Part shown: positions 1 to 23,399 of the stretch, piece after piece
How positions within the stretch are numbered: the first letter of the stretch is position 1
How the letters are laid out: each line of letters begins with the position of its first letter
Source: Amoebidium appalachense
Taxonomy: Eukaryota; Protista; Ichthyosporea
Assembly (NCBI GenBank): GCA_963693365.1
Contig: CAVNZM010000007.1
Location: forward strand, 3,438,159 to 3,502,158
Reading direction: 5' to 3'
Length of the DNA: 64,000 bases
Made by a program: the position numbers and the translations under genes
The notes under the pieces: generated by a model
The model's input: only the letters and a program-made list of their open reading frames with translations
Told to the model about the DNA's origin: nothing
Database searches by the model: none

Positions 1-723
1 GGCGAAGACTTCCCCCGTTTTTTGGGCACAAGGACCTCACGGATCAATAAATTGATGACTGGGGGCTTGCCGTGGTTTACAACCATTGCAGGTTCACTTT
101 CGTCCAAGGGGATGTCCCCCTAGAGGCAACACACGTCCCGGAGTAGTTTTCATAGAGATTTTATTTGTGGAAATTATTGACATAAATATTTTTCTGGGTA
201 AACACGTAGGATGGGTGTTCGATACCAACATAACCATGTAGGCTTCATTTCGTGTTTTAGCAGTTAGCGGTTGGCTGCCCGCATACGGGCACCTATTAGC
301 CAGTCAAAACATCAGATACCACAGATCACTAGACCGAGTTATGATTGGCTCGGATCAGATTTCACATATCACTAGATCGATTTTTGATTGGCTCAGATCG
401 GTAGGCTTAGGTATATAAGCACGACAGTTTTTAGCAGATCAGCAAGCTACAAACACATCTTCTGTGTTTAGCATCCACAGCCTCACAGCTATATATTCCT
501 TTTCACCCACCCACCTACACCCACACACAACCCCCATTGATCCACACATACGTGCTGTTTTTTCACGGGGCGAAGACTTCCCCCGTTTTTTGGGCACATG
601 GACCTCACGGATCAATAAATTGATGACTGGGGGCTTGCCGTGGTTTACAACCATTGCAGGTTCACTTTCGTCCAAGGGGATGTCCCCCTAGAGGCAACAC
701 ACGTCCCGGAGTAGTTTTCATAG
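1..723 (+). mobile_element. 3' terminal repeats of the Ngaro-type YR retrotransposon arranged spacer-B / A / spacer-B (no ORFs within the window)
   Basis: Near-identical to the A (~350 bp), spacer and B (~88 bp) repeats at 26345-27002 (reverse) and 60158-60804; ends at ...GTAGTTTTCATAG (723). Confidence 0.85.
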
Positions 724-928
724 AATGTAACATATACTAGATAATATATTCATATCAGCGGGATATCGACAATAGAGGGTATTGGTACTGTATTACCATT
801 GACAATACCAAAGCAATATTATTGCAATATGGCGTTCCTATTGGCGGCAAGGGGTTCTATTGCCAATATCGCCAATAGCGCCAATAGCAAAAAATACGTT
901 GGCAATACTTCCGGGAAGTTTGCTGATG
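724..928 (-). mobile_element. Terminal arm of a CATCAGCAA-TIR DNA transposon family member
   Basis: Ends in GGAAGTTTGCTGATG (reverse complement CATCAGCAAACTTCC), the same terminus as 62922; rich in TATTG/CAATA subterminal motifs. Confidence 0.6.
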
Positions 929-1552
929 AAGCATTGCATTGCACTGATTTTCATACACTAATCATGTGTGCTCTAGTACGGCCTCCGCAAGTTGTGCTTG
1001 TTGATGGCATTCCAGGTGCATAAGGGTTTTTTTTCTCCCTTTATGGCACATGTTCTGCTAACCGCTATGCCATGTTTGTATCAAGTGACGGAGCATTTCC
1101 AAGACCGGCGTGGTGTGATTAGCTTCGGTGGGCAAATGGCCCCACTGGCAACGTGGAACACGGTGTTTTGTTGTTTGTGATGGTCTCGCATATGCCTTGG
1201 CTGTGCACGAGTGGGGTTCACCAATCACCACAACCATAAAGGCCAAGTCCCACGAAAATGGAGCTGTAAGGACTTTGACGTCTTAGACTATTTTGTCGCT
1301 GCTATCGACGCACTCAAGAGACCATGTCGTGCTACCGCGTCAGAATGGACGTTTCACAGTGTTCTTTGGCTGGCAACAGGGTACGTGATCCCTACCAGGA
1401 GCTTGGAAACTGGGTGTCATTTCCATGTATTACTTTTCATTTCCGGAGCACGTAATAAGAAAAACTAAACCACATTCAGGTTTTTATTGTGGTAAACATT
1501 TTTCATATGTGCTTCGTCAACCCATGACACTAATGTTGTTTTTGCTTTCCAG

Positions 1553-2892
1553 ACCAAACCACCAAGGAGTTCTTCAACAGGGCCACTCGCGCTGCCATTG
1601 CTGGGATGCCCAAGGTGGAGTCGTGTGCTGTGTTGGTGGAGGGAACGCGGGATGTCCCTGTTGGCCAGGCCCCCCCAGACACACAAGAGACCGGACAGAA
1701 GAATGCATCAGCTGCGCGTGACATGTTGGATGCCATGGCCGCCCCCCCCGCCTGTGCATATGCCCGTTACATCCCCGTCAGACCCAACTAAGGAAGCTGG
1801 TGACGGCAAACGGAATGGGGAAGTAAGTGTTAAATTTTATAAGTATTTGGTATGAAAGCAGAGACACAGTGGTGCAGTGTAAAAACACCACAGACACACA
1901 CAACAACAAAACACGGAACGATCGGAGCAGTGTACACAACAGACATCAATGTTTAGACACGACTGAACTGAATTTATTCTGATCTCCGAATAAATACCTG
2001 AAATTCCTCTAAGTCCAATCCATACATGATTTCCGACCAGTCGGAAATCAGATCTATCTCTAATAGAAACCAATCACGAAGAACCTAATTGCTTTCAGAG
2101 AGATCCGGTACGCGGAGACGCACACGATAGGACACAGACACTAGTTAAGGTCAACTCGTGTCATCATCAAGGAAGTTCTAACCTATGACATACTGCAAAG
2201 ACTCAGACATATCACACTTAACCTTGATGATTGGTTAAAGCCCGGCAACACATGAAAACTAAAGTAAATTAATGAAGTCTAAACACACATGCTATTCTAA
2301 GTGTAGCCTAAGTGTGTTACCGTCCAATGAACACGTATTAAGTAACACAAATCTACCTAACATATATTAGTAGAAAAGAAATACGATTATACACATGAAG
2401 ACAAAGAGAGAAAGAAAAGAAAATAAGGAAGGAGAAAGAGGAAGGAAAAGAGAGCACAGATCAACAAACAAGATAGCAATAGCATAACTATAACCAGAGA
2501 TATTTATGTACACACGGACATGTACACGTCTCTCCCTGAGTGGGTGGATCCGTGTACACACATATAAATATTCTAATCGATATTACAACACACGATTAAA
2601 GCCGATACAACACGATTACAAGTATACAAGCATATCGGAGATCGATGCTACACTTTACATAATTAGAGTGTGGCATTTACACTAAGCATATGAACTGAAA
2701 CATAACACAAACTGAGAAGATCTTACCATATGTAAATACTACGTATTACAACAGTAAGGGACGAGGATGCACACACGCAGAAAGAGTCCAAAACGGAGGT
2801 GACCAAATCTGTCACAGGAAAGCCAATGAAGGGCCGCGGCGGCGCTTCCGGTGGCAGCAGCGGAAAGGGTAGGGGCCGAGATAGAAAATAAT
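1553..2892 (+). pseudogene. Last exon of an unknown gene disrupted by a solo LTR
   Basis: TTCCAG acceptor ending at 1552. Removing the LTR and one TSD joins ...EAGDGKRNGE-VR-DEDAHTQKESKTEVTK...GRGRDRK* in frame. One frameshift at the C-run near 1742. Confidence 0.45.
1828..2753 (-). mobile_element. Ty1/copia solo LTR (926 bp)
   Basis: TG...CA ends, 5-bp TSD GTAAG (1823-1827 / 2754-2758), near-identical to LTRs at 20478, 50210 and 63720. Confidence 0.92.
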
Positions 2893-3322
2893 CGAATTAA
2901 AAGTAAATGGTAAAAGTAAATGGTATTTATAATGGGTATGGTAAAAGCAGGTGTTTGGTTTTTTTTTCCTCCAAAACTTTTGCTAGCTCTTCACTGTGTA
3001 TGTGTGTATAAGTTTGTTTGTGTAGTATATTTCAACACGTTGAATTGTGTGTGCAGTGCATACACACTCACGATACAATAACAAGTCTGGGTGTGGTTTA
3101 TTTTGACACATTGGATTGTGTGTGCAGGGCACACACACACGATACAATAACATGTTTGGACATAGTCTAAACTTGTCAAAGAGTATGATAATGTCATGCT
3201 TGGATGCGCTTACACTGATGTACTGTGTGTGTGTGTGTGTGTGGAATGACACACACACACCATAAAATCAGTGTAAACCTTACATTTGCAACCTTACTAC
3301 CCATGTACTCCCTCCCTGTTTC

Positions 3323-3364
<42 letters not shown>

Positions 3365-4028
3365 ACAATTTTGCCATCTAGGCCAGACCGTGCAGGTCCG
3401 TGCACACGCTGTGTTTCTCCAACCACATATACACACCCTGACCCCCCTGCACCCCTGCACTCCCTCCCTGTTTCCGGGATAGTAGGGGGGGGGGGGGGGG
3501 AGGTTACGACAATGATTTTTTATACCCCCCCCCCCCCCCCCCCCCCCCCGCACCCTCACCGTGTTTCTGCCACCACATACAAACCCTCTGACCCCTCTGT
3601 CACCCAGGGTAGTAGGGGCCGGGGGGGGGGGGGGGGGGGGGTGCATTTTGGCCTGCCCGATATTCACCCTAGATCAATCAAATTTGACGACCTGGATTTT
3701 AATTAGAGATGACAACACTTTGGCCTGGACGACACTTTGGCCTGCAACAGGGGGGGGGGGGGGGGGGGGGTTGCGAGGGAGGGGGGGGGGGGGGGGGCTC
3801 AGTTGCCACCAGCCTTGTGCGTGGTGCAGTGGTGGTTGCGGTAAGAATTCGAAGGGTTTTCAAAGGGGGGAAGGGGAGGGGGAGAGGGGGGGGGGGGGGG
3901 GGGAGGGGGGGGGAGGCAAGGAGGAGGGCGGGGGGAGGGAGGGGGGGGGAGGAGGGGGGGAGGGAGGGGGAATGGTAAACTACATACACTGCGGCACACT
4001 CACACAGTGTTACGGGTGTGTCTGCAGG

Positions 4029-4213
4029 CCCACGCCTATTACCAGAGGCATCCCGAGATGCTACCGTGGGACCGTCGCTGTGTGCTCTGTGGCCGGGGGG
4101 GCGAGGATGTGCGCCAACTGCAACGTTGTGGCAGGTGTGGAAGGGTGGCATACTGCGGCAGATCGTGCCAAGCTGAGCACTGGCCGACGAACAAGGCCGA
4201 GTGCAAGAAGTGA
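4029..4213 (+). CDS. Terminal exon encoding a MYND-type zinc finger
   Basis: CTGCAG acceptor, then ...RCVLCG...LQRCGRCGRVAYCGRSCQAEHWPTNKAECKK*, which fits the MYND Cys/His spacing. Upstream exons not resolved. Confidence 0.7.
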
Positions 4214-4822
4214 TTGGGCTGCAAATACATGCACCTGCAATGCAAAATGGCCTTGTCCTGCATTTGTGGGTGCTGTGGTAGGGTTATGTTATTCATTTGA
4301 AGCTTTCTAACCTTGTTTTTACCTATACCGGTACCAATGAAATAGCATCTGAGAATCCGGAAATTTTGGGCAAGGTTTCCGTATTATTCATTTATTTCGT
4401 AATTTACGTTAAAACATCAATGCTTGTTCTATTTGTCCCTCTGCTGGCTAACGGAGAATCCAATATAGGTGACTTACTTCGCGTCCCCGTATCGAAAATG
4501 GTAGCGGGTTACTGGTCGTATGTGATTGTCCAAAGTTCAGCTTCCCAATGATCAAAGTTTACCTAAACAGAACTGCAGCAGCAGCTGAGATAACAGCCTT
4601 ACTGGACGTGGAATTTTGTTGCTATATTATTATTGCCGTCGAACCTGATTGTATTCTATTGTATTCATGAGCATTGCTATGACAAGATTGCTGCTTCTCT
4701 AAGTAAGTGTTTTTGTAATACGAAACAGTGTGTGTGTATTATGTGGAAAAAGAGACTCTTATTGAGCCTAGGCCAAGTGAAGGATTGCATTACTGGTGCA
4801 GCGATGAATAAATCATGCCTGC

Positions 4823-4862
<40 letters not shown>

Positions 4863-5564
4863 TGTGCATGTATGTGTGTGTAGGCCTTTTCTGTCGACGC
4901 TTCCACAGAACAAATACTGCCGTCATAGGGAATTTATTGTACGACTCACTGGGGGTGCTGGTTCCCGTCTCAATAGGACCCAGCCAGATCTCTTTGCAAA
5001 TCACACCATACACGACAAATGCATGCGGTGTTCAATAAAGGTTCTACCAAACAACCGCAACTTTATCTGAGCACCCACCGTTTTAATAAATTTTCAATAG
5101 GATTAGTGCGCTCAATTCCATTCGTGCATATAAAATATAACCCCATGGAGACTTTTAAACCATGATGATATTCGGCCACCGGCCCGGGCGGATATGGATT
5201 GTTCCAGTACACTAGTTGCTAATATTAATAGTAGTTCAAAACATCTTCATACCTGGAGTAAGTCACACCAGTCAGTCACACAGTACTCCCGGCCCCTTTT
5301 CAACAATCAAACAATAAACATGAGAAACCTTCAGCCTGAACGGGCACTGAATTCGAACTCACAGAACCAACACCCAACATCGGTTTTTTTTTTTTTGGGG
5401 TGGGTGGGTGGGTGGGTGGGGGGGGGGGGGGGGGGGGGAGGGGGGTTGAATGCGTTATACACATGAACAACGGATATCACGATGCAGAGTGCAAACCATA
5501 CATAAAGAGTATGTAAAATAAGCTGAGCCCATCCTCGGGATTCTTTAGTTCTTTCCCACGGCCA

Positions 5565-15062
<9,498 letters not shown>

Positions 15063-15419
15063 CTGTGTTTGTGGTTAGTGATGACGACGACGACGATGAT
15101 GTTTGATGATAATGCCGAATCCAAAAACTTTGTGGGGAAGGGAATAATCAGCGTAAAGGGGGGCTGGCACGGATAAAGGGGAGCCGGGGGGGGGGGGGGG
15201 GGGGGGTAAGTGAAGGAGTGCAAAAACGAGAACAACACAGAGACCATCGAACAGATAAGAAGACGTGCTCCTATGATTGTGGTTGGAAGACAAATGAGTC
15301 GGGTAGGGAAGATGCTACAGTAGGAGCTGCTCGAATTGAACCAGAGAAAACACATGAACCAGAGAAGACACATGTGTTCAGCTCGAGAATGTAAATGAGA
15401 GGAGCAAAAGGGCGTGATG

Positions 15420-15450
<31 letters not shown>

Positions 15451-15759
15451 GGAGGGGGGGGGGGGGGGGGGGGGAGGGGGGGGAAGAGCTATGTGATGTG
15501 CGCACAAAACAGTGGGGAATAAGACGAGTATAGAGCCCACTCATGATGAAGCAGGATAGAGACCGAAGGAAGGTAGGGAGGGAGGGAGGGGAGGGGGAGG
15601 GTGTGGGGGGGGAGGGTAGTGCAGCGGTCTAAGTAGATGCCTAGAGTACCAGTGAACAAGTTTTATGCCCACGGGAGCTTGCACAGAGCGGAGTCCAGCA
15701 GCAATTTCGCAAAACAAAGGGCGGAAAGGGAATGCAGAAGCTGCTATGTCTGTGCGTAT

Positions 15760-17441
<1,682 letters not shown>

Positions 17442-18326
17442 CACAGTTACGTTGCACCAACATCGTTCAATTACATACCATTTTAGATTGGAACAGGGCA
17501 CCCGTAGCCTCTTGGATCGTAGCCGGCGCAGTTAACACACACCTCGACCCTACTCCCAACGTCTTTTAAACCAAGCGAGATATAAAAGTGAGAACAAAGA
17601 ACTGTAAGTTATGAATAAAAGCAAGTGAAAATAGTTGAAGTGGCAATAACTAATTGAAACAGCACCTAGTTATGTTATGTAAATGGGAACATGAACGCGT
17701 CGGATCCAGGAATACAGACTCTAGTGTGGCTTGGCAATGTCTGCGGATATCATTGAATACCCAGTGACGAAGGTTGGATTTAGAAGAGTTTATCCTTGCC
17801 TTCACACTTGTTTGGGTTGAATTATTAAACAGCATACACTATCCATGTCCCCCGTGTGTGTATGTGTTATACATATAGCCACCTTATTTGCTATGTCTCT
17901 CCTTGTGATAACGTAACAGAGTGCTCTAGCTTCCTGTGCATACGTAACGGAGCTCCCGTCATAGTCTAAAGTATGTACACTTTAGGTGTCTAATCTTATT
18001 ACTATATTAGTTCTAAAGGACTATTACATGACGCATACATAAAGTGACTAAACCAATGCAGTGCTGGTAGAAAGCAGGGAAGGCGCCCGAGTTTTCAAAA
18101 AGGGGAGTACTAACGTTAACGTTGCTCCCGTGGAGATAACTGAGTAAGTGAAGATACTGAAAATGAGCTACACACTCGATGAACTTTTTAGCACTAATTA
18201 TTGGCCCCGCAGTCAATTCACCTCGCAGCCAAATACGAATGCCCGCTCTGCCACAAGATACTTAGCAACCCCAAAGCGTATGCATATGGACACGTCTTTG
18301 ACTCCGTTTGCATGACATACCCAGAT

Positions 18327-18540
18327 GGGGTTTACGCTGTTTACTCTCGAGGCAAAGAGAGACCAGTCTCAGGTATGGGGGGTTTTTGCTCGGAATATCC
18401 CCTCAGCGGTATATCATGATCACGTACATAGATGTCGGGTGATGACTATATATCAAAGTTTACTTTCTACGAGACACCATAAAGACTAAGAAAAATCAAT
18501 TAGTTGGGGTTCCCCCCTTTTTTTTTTATATTTTATTTTT

Positions 18541-18550
<10 letters not shown>
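18327..18550 (-). mobile_element. Severely 5'-truncated, diverged copy of the LINE: structured tail plus degenerate poly(A) only
   Basis: Homologous to 45141-45380 (GGGGTTTACGCTG...TTGGGGTTCCCC followed by a T-run), with several indels. Confidence 0.8.
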
Positions 18551-18595
<45 letters not shown>

Positions 18596-18597
<2 letters not shown>

Positions 18598-19030
18598 TCA
18601 GCAATCTTCCCCCCCCCAGCGGAAACCCCTCAGAGTCTACGACGTCGACGACGGGTTCGGAGTAGTTTACGATACCTGAGTGGCTGGGTTTGGTAACCTC
18701 GAGATTTTAATGGATGGAAAAGCTGAAAATCCATCGTCGACGTCGACAAGCATATTACAGGGTAATAAAGAGGTCCACTGATTTCTCGACCCTCATGTGT
18801 ATATGCCAACGTCATCCTATGGACATGCTGTGCATGCGTTTACACCGTCCATTAACCAAATGTAGCACCTATTCCAATGCTATAGATGTGCTATGGACGT
18901 CGTAATCCTGTTCTACGTATGTATACTGTGTAGGCTAACATGATGGGTATCGTCGACGTCGAAAACAAAGCATACTGTGAAGGCGATTCTGAGCATCTTA
19001 ATATGAGGTTTCCGACGTCTGTAAACTAAT
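18596..19030 (+). mobile_element. Left arm of another CATCAGCAA-TIR element
   Basis: Starts CATCAGCAATCTTCCCC and aligns by eye with the arm at 23159; ACGAC/GTCGT motifs. Confidence 0.65.
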
Positions 19031-19101
19031 AAGAAACGGCGAATTCTGCAATAATAAATACTGTTTTTATAATGTATAAGTACAATAGTTTTATGTGTGT
19101 G

Positions 19102-19138
<37 letters not shown>

Positions 19139-19669
19139 GGTTTTTTGTAATGTATAAGTACAATAGTTTTATGTATATATATATATATATCATAAATATA
19201 TATATATATATATATATTGGGAGTAGACGGTGTCCTGGGAATGAAAACATGGTTTAGTTCTAGCGTGAAATGTACTAATGTACTACAGGAAACATGTGCT
19301 TACCGACTGGAATATTCTACCCAACACACAACCATACACGTATGCATGAGAATGGGAGGAGGGAAGAATAAATGAATAGAAAAAGAAAACAGTATACAAA
19401 TAATAAACAAATAAATAAATAAATAAATAAATAAAAAAAAATAAAAAAAGGATTGGAGTGGATTCGAACGTACCAAAAGCACCTTATGCATGTGCATAGC
19501 TCCCTCTTTCAACATATGCTAGTGTATGTTACGACGTCAAGTCTATCATATATTTCTCATGCATTATACCTCGTGAAGCCCTTCTATGCATCCGTATACA
19601 ACATCTTAATGTGATTTGTGATTTTTAAAGTCGCCGACGTCCATATGACGTACACAAGACTAAGGATAT

Positions 19670-20477
19670 ACACATTTCCGTCTATCTTAACAGTCTTCCC
19701 CGACGTGTGTGAATGTTCCTGCCCCCATAATGGGCACCCCCCACCTCCCCCACAACCTATAACGTGCATTTTATGCTTGCCCCATACCCCCTTCACACCC
19801 ATACCCAGTGTTTTTGGTGCACACATGATCCTCGCAAACACTCCTTTTTTCTCGTAACCATTGGTATATCTCGTGCCTGGTTTGTGCAAAACCAACGGGA
19901 ACGGGTGCAAAAGATGCCCCACGGCATGGCTCTGCTTTGTGCAAATAGGTGTTGTCCCCACATAAATCCCCACACACCCATTAACAGTCGGGTGGACCCC
20001 CTTTCCCCCTTCTATTATCATTTACCGCAATTATCCCTAATTCACGTAAATATTGTCATATCACAGGCCCCTTTTTTTCAAAACCGACGTGAACGGGTGC
20101 AAAAGATGCCCCACGGCATGGCCCTGCTTTGTGCAAAGTTGTGTTGTCCCCCCATCATTCCCCACTAACTTATTAACAGTCGGGTGGACCCCCTCCACCC
20201 CACTATATATATATATTTTACGCAAAAATCGACATTTTCGGCTATCTAAACAGCCTTCCCCGACGTGTGTGAGTGTTCCACAATATTCGGCACCCCACAC
20301 CTTCCCTACAACCCTAAACGTGCATTTTATGCTTGCCCCACACCCCCTTCACACACCCACCCTCTGTTTTTGGTGCCACATGATCATCGCAAACATACCC
20401 TTTTTCACGTAAACCTTGGTATATCATGGGCCCATTTTGTTCAAAACGGACGGATAAGGGTGCAAAAGATACCCCAC
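19670..20477. repeat. Degenerate internally repetitive region, probably a transposon subterminal array
   Basis: Recurrent GTGCAAAAGATGCCCCAC (3x), TTAACAGTCGGGTGGACCCC (2x) and CCCCGACGTGTGTGA (2x). Confidence 0.55.
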
Positions 20478-21598
20478 TGTAAAATTATACAAGTATTTGG
20501 GACGGAAGCAGAGACACAGTGGTGCAGTATGAAAACACCACAGACACACACAACAACAAAACACGAAACGATCGGAGCAGTGTACACAACAGATATCAAT
20601 GTTTAGACACGACTGAACTCGATTTATTCCGATCTTCGAATAAATACCTGAAATTCCTCTAAGTCTAATCCATACATGATTTCCGACCAGTCGGAAATCA
20701 TATCTATCTCTAATAGAAACCAATCACTAAGAACCAATTGCTTTCAGAGAGATCTGGTACGCGGAGACGTACACGATAGGACACAGACACTAGTTAAGAT
20801 CAACTCGTGTCATCATCAAGGAAGTTCTAACCTATGACACACTGCAAAGACTCAGACATATCACACTTAACCTTGATGATTGGTTAAAGCCCGGCAACAC
20901 ATGAAAACTAAAGTAGATTAATGAAGTCTAATCACACATGTTATTCTAAGTGTAGCCTAAGTGTGTTACCGTCCAATCAATACATATTAAGTAACACAAA
21001 TCTACCTAACATATATCAGTAGAAAAGAAATGCTATTCTAAGTGTAGCCTAAGTGTGTTACCGTCCAATGAACACGTATTAAGTAACACAAATCTACCTA
21101 ACATATATTAGTAGAAAAGAAATATGATTATACACATGAAGACAAGGAGAGAAAGAAAAGAAAATAAGGAAGGAGAAAGAGAAAGGAAAAGAGAGCACAG
21201 ATCAACAAACAAGATAGTAATAGTATAACTATAATCAGAGATATTTATGTACACACAAACATGTACACGTCTCTCCCTGAGTGGGTGGATCCGTGTACAC
21301 ACAAATAAATATTCTAATCGATATCACAATACACGATTAAAGCCGATACAACACGATTACAAGTATACAAGTATATCGGAGATCGATGCTACACTTTACA
21401 TAATAGGAGTGTGGCATTTACACTAAGCATATGAACTGAAACATAACACAAACTGAGAAGATCTTACCATATGTAAATACTACGTATTACAACATCCCCA
21501 CTTAAGACTTTGAAGTTTGTGTTATCATATCCCCACTGAACTAGTGAAATCTCCCCACTTGAGAACAGAAACGAAAAATATTAAAGTGTGTACTTTTC

Positions 21599-21631
<33 letters not shown>

Positions 21632-21915
21632 AGGGGGGGGGGGGGAACCAGGGCAAAAAACAACGAATATGTATAACGTTTATAGTCGGGGTTTGATTAA
21701 CTGGGTTTGAAACCAGTGAAAGATAGAGTAGAATCGCGGTACAGGTCAAACCATATATAAAAACCCTAAGTGGGCATACCCACAAAGGCAATATACATAT
21801 GAAATAAAGATGATGGTAAAGTAAGTAGTAAACATTCCGGCCGGGAGGCAGTGTTGGTGCATCTGCTGTCCAGGGCCCCAACCGTAGTAGAAAACCACTC
21901 TTGAAGTAGAACGGG

Positions 21916-23158
21916 TCAATCGACAATATCCGGCACACAAAGTCGGGCACGATGGGTGACGTGACTCGTGCCGGGGAGGGGTTTGGTGAGGATGTCGGCC
22001 AAGTTGTGAGCTGACTCGACGTAGTGGACAACAACATCCCCACTAGCAATGTAGTCTTTGGTGTTGTGGTACCGGACGGCAATGTGTTTGGTACGGTGCT
22101 TGATGCCGGTGGAGTTGACGATGGCAATGGTCGACTGGTTGTCACAGTACACCGGAGTCGGAGCAAGCATGGGGCAGCCGAGTTCCTTGAAGAGGTCACG
22201 GACCCAAGCAACTTCCTGGGTGCCAGCATTGAGAGCAATCAGCTCAGCTTCGGTGATGCTGGTGGCCGTGATGGGCTGGAGCTTGGAGTACCAGATGATG
22301 GGCATACCAGCAAACTCGATGATGTAGCCGGTGGTAGACTTCTTGCTGTCGGCACAACCAGCAAAGTCAGCATCCGTGTAGCACTCGAGTATGGGGGGCT
22401 TGGTGTCCGAGTACTTGTAGTCAATGCCAAGGTCAATGGTGCCGAGCAGGTACCGGGCCACACGACGGAGAAGGTCCCAGTGAGTCTTGCCGGGGTTGGT
22501 GCTGAACCGACCAAGGAAGCCGATGGCATAGGCAATGTCGAGACGTGTGCACCGTGCCACCCAGAGGAGACGGCCGAGTAACTCACGGTAGGGCACGGTG
22601 AACGGTTGGGGGGGGCAGTCAGCCAGGGAGACGGTGGTGCCTGCAGGAATGGGGGTAGACTTGGACTTGGCATCGGTGAGGTTGAAGTCGTGGATGATAT
22701 CCATCATGATGATGTAAGACCTCTGGTGCATGTGGAGGTGATGGGGATCAGAGTGATTAAAATCAACACCGAGCATACGGTCAATGGACTCATACGACAG
22801 CTGGCCACCTTGCTGATGTGGGCAGCCAGGTCACTGGCAGCAGTAGAACCCCGGGTGTTGGTGATGGTGGAGTCGTCGACGTAGTTACCAGCCCGAACCA
22901 CATCGTTGTTGGGGAAGAACCGGAGGTAGATGCACGGGTCAGTCTTAGTACGGGTCAGGCCATGGGCAAGAAGAATGCCGTCGAGGAAGTCGTACCAAGC
23001 CTTGGAGGCTTGCTTGAGGCCATACAGGGCTTTCTTGAGTCTCCAGACCTTGCCAAGGGTGGCCATGGTGATGAATCCCGGACGTTGTTTCATGTAGATG
23101 GTCTCGGTGAGTGGGCTGTTGAGAAAGGCCGTAGACACGTCGAGTTGATGGATGTCAT
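21916..23158 (-). pseudogene. Copia RT (C-terminal part) and RNase H, frameshifted
   Basis: IHQLDVSTAFLN, LKKALYGLKQAS, YVDD, YTDADFAG, KSTTGY, EAELIAL, YCDNQS, RTKHI, NLADILTKPL. Confidence 0.92.
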
Positions 23159-23399
23159 CATCAGCAATCTCCCCCCCCCCCTCGTAACCCCACCGAAGAC
23201 CTCGTCGATGGGTTGGCACTGGTTTAGGACTGTCTAATGGATGGGTTTACGCTATATGAAGGAAAAACCTCCAAACCCGTCGACGACGTCGTAGACCGTC
23301 GGCGGAGTGGTTTACGACCCCTTTAGGGATGACCGACAGTATTGGGACAGCCCAATGTATAACCCTAACCACACCTATGGATGGGTTTACAGCAACCAC

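Noticed and set aside
4420-5070. Possible small spliced gene on the + strand
   Set aside because: Plausible acceptor sites but no recognisable protein motif; not supportable.
20473-21501. CCCCAC on both sides of the LTR as a TSD (solo LTR)
   Set aside because: Offset by one base on the right, where the sequence is the polypurine tract continuing into internal copia sequence.
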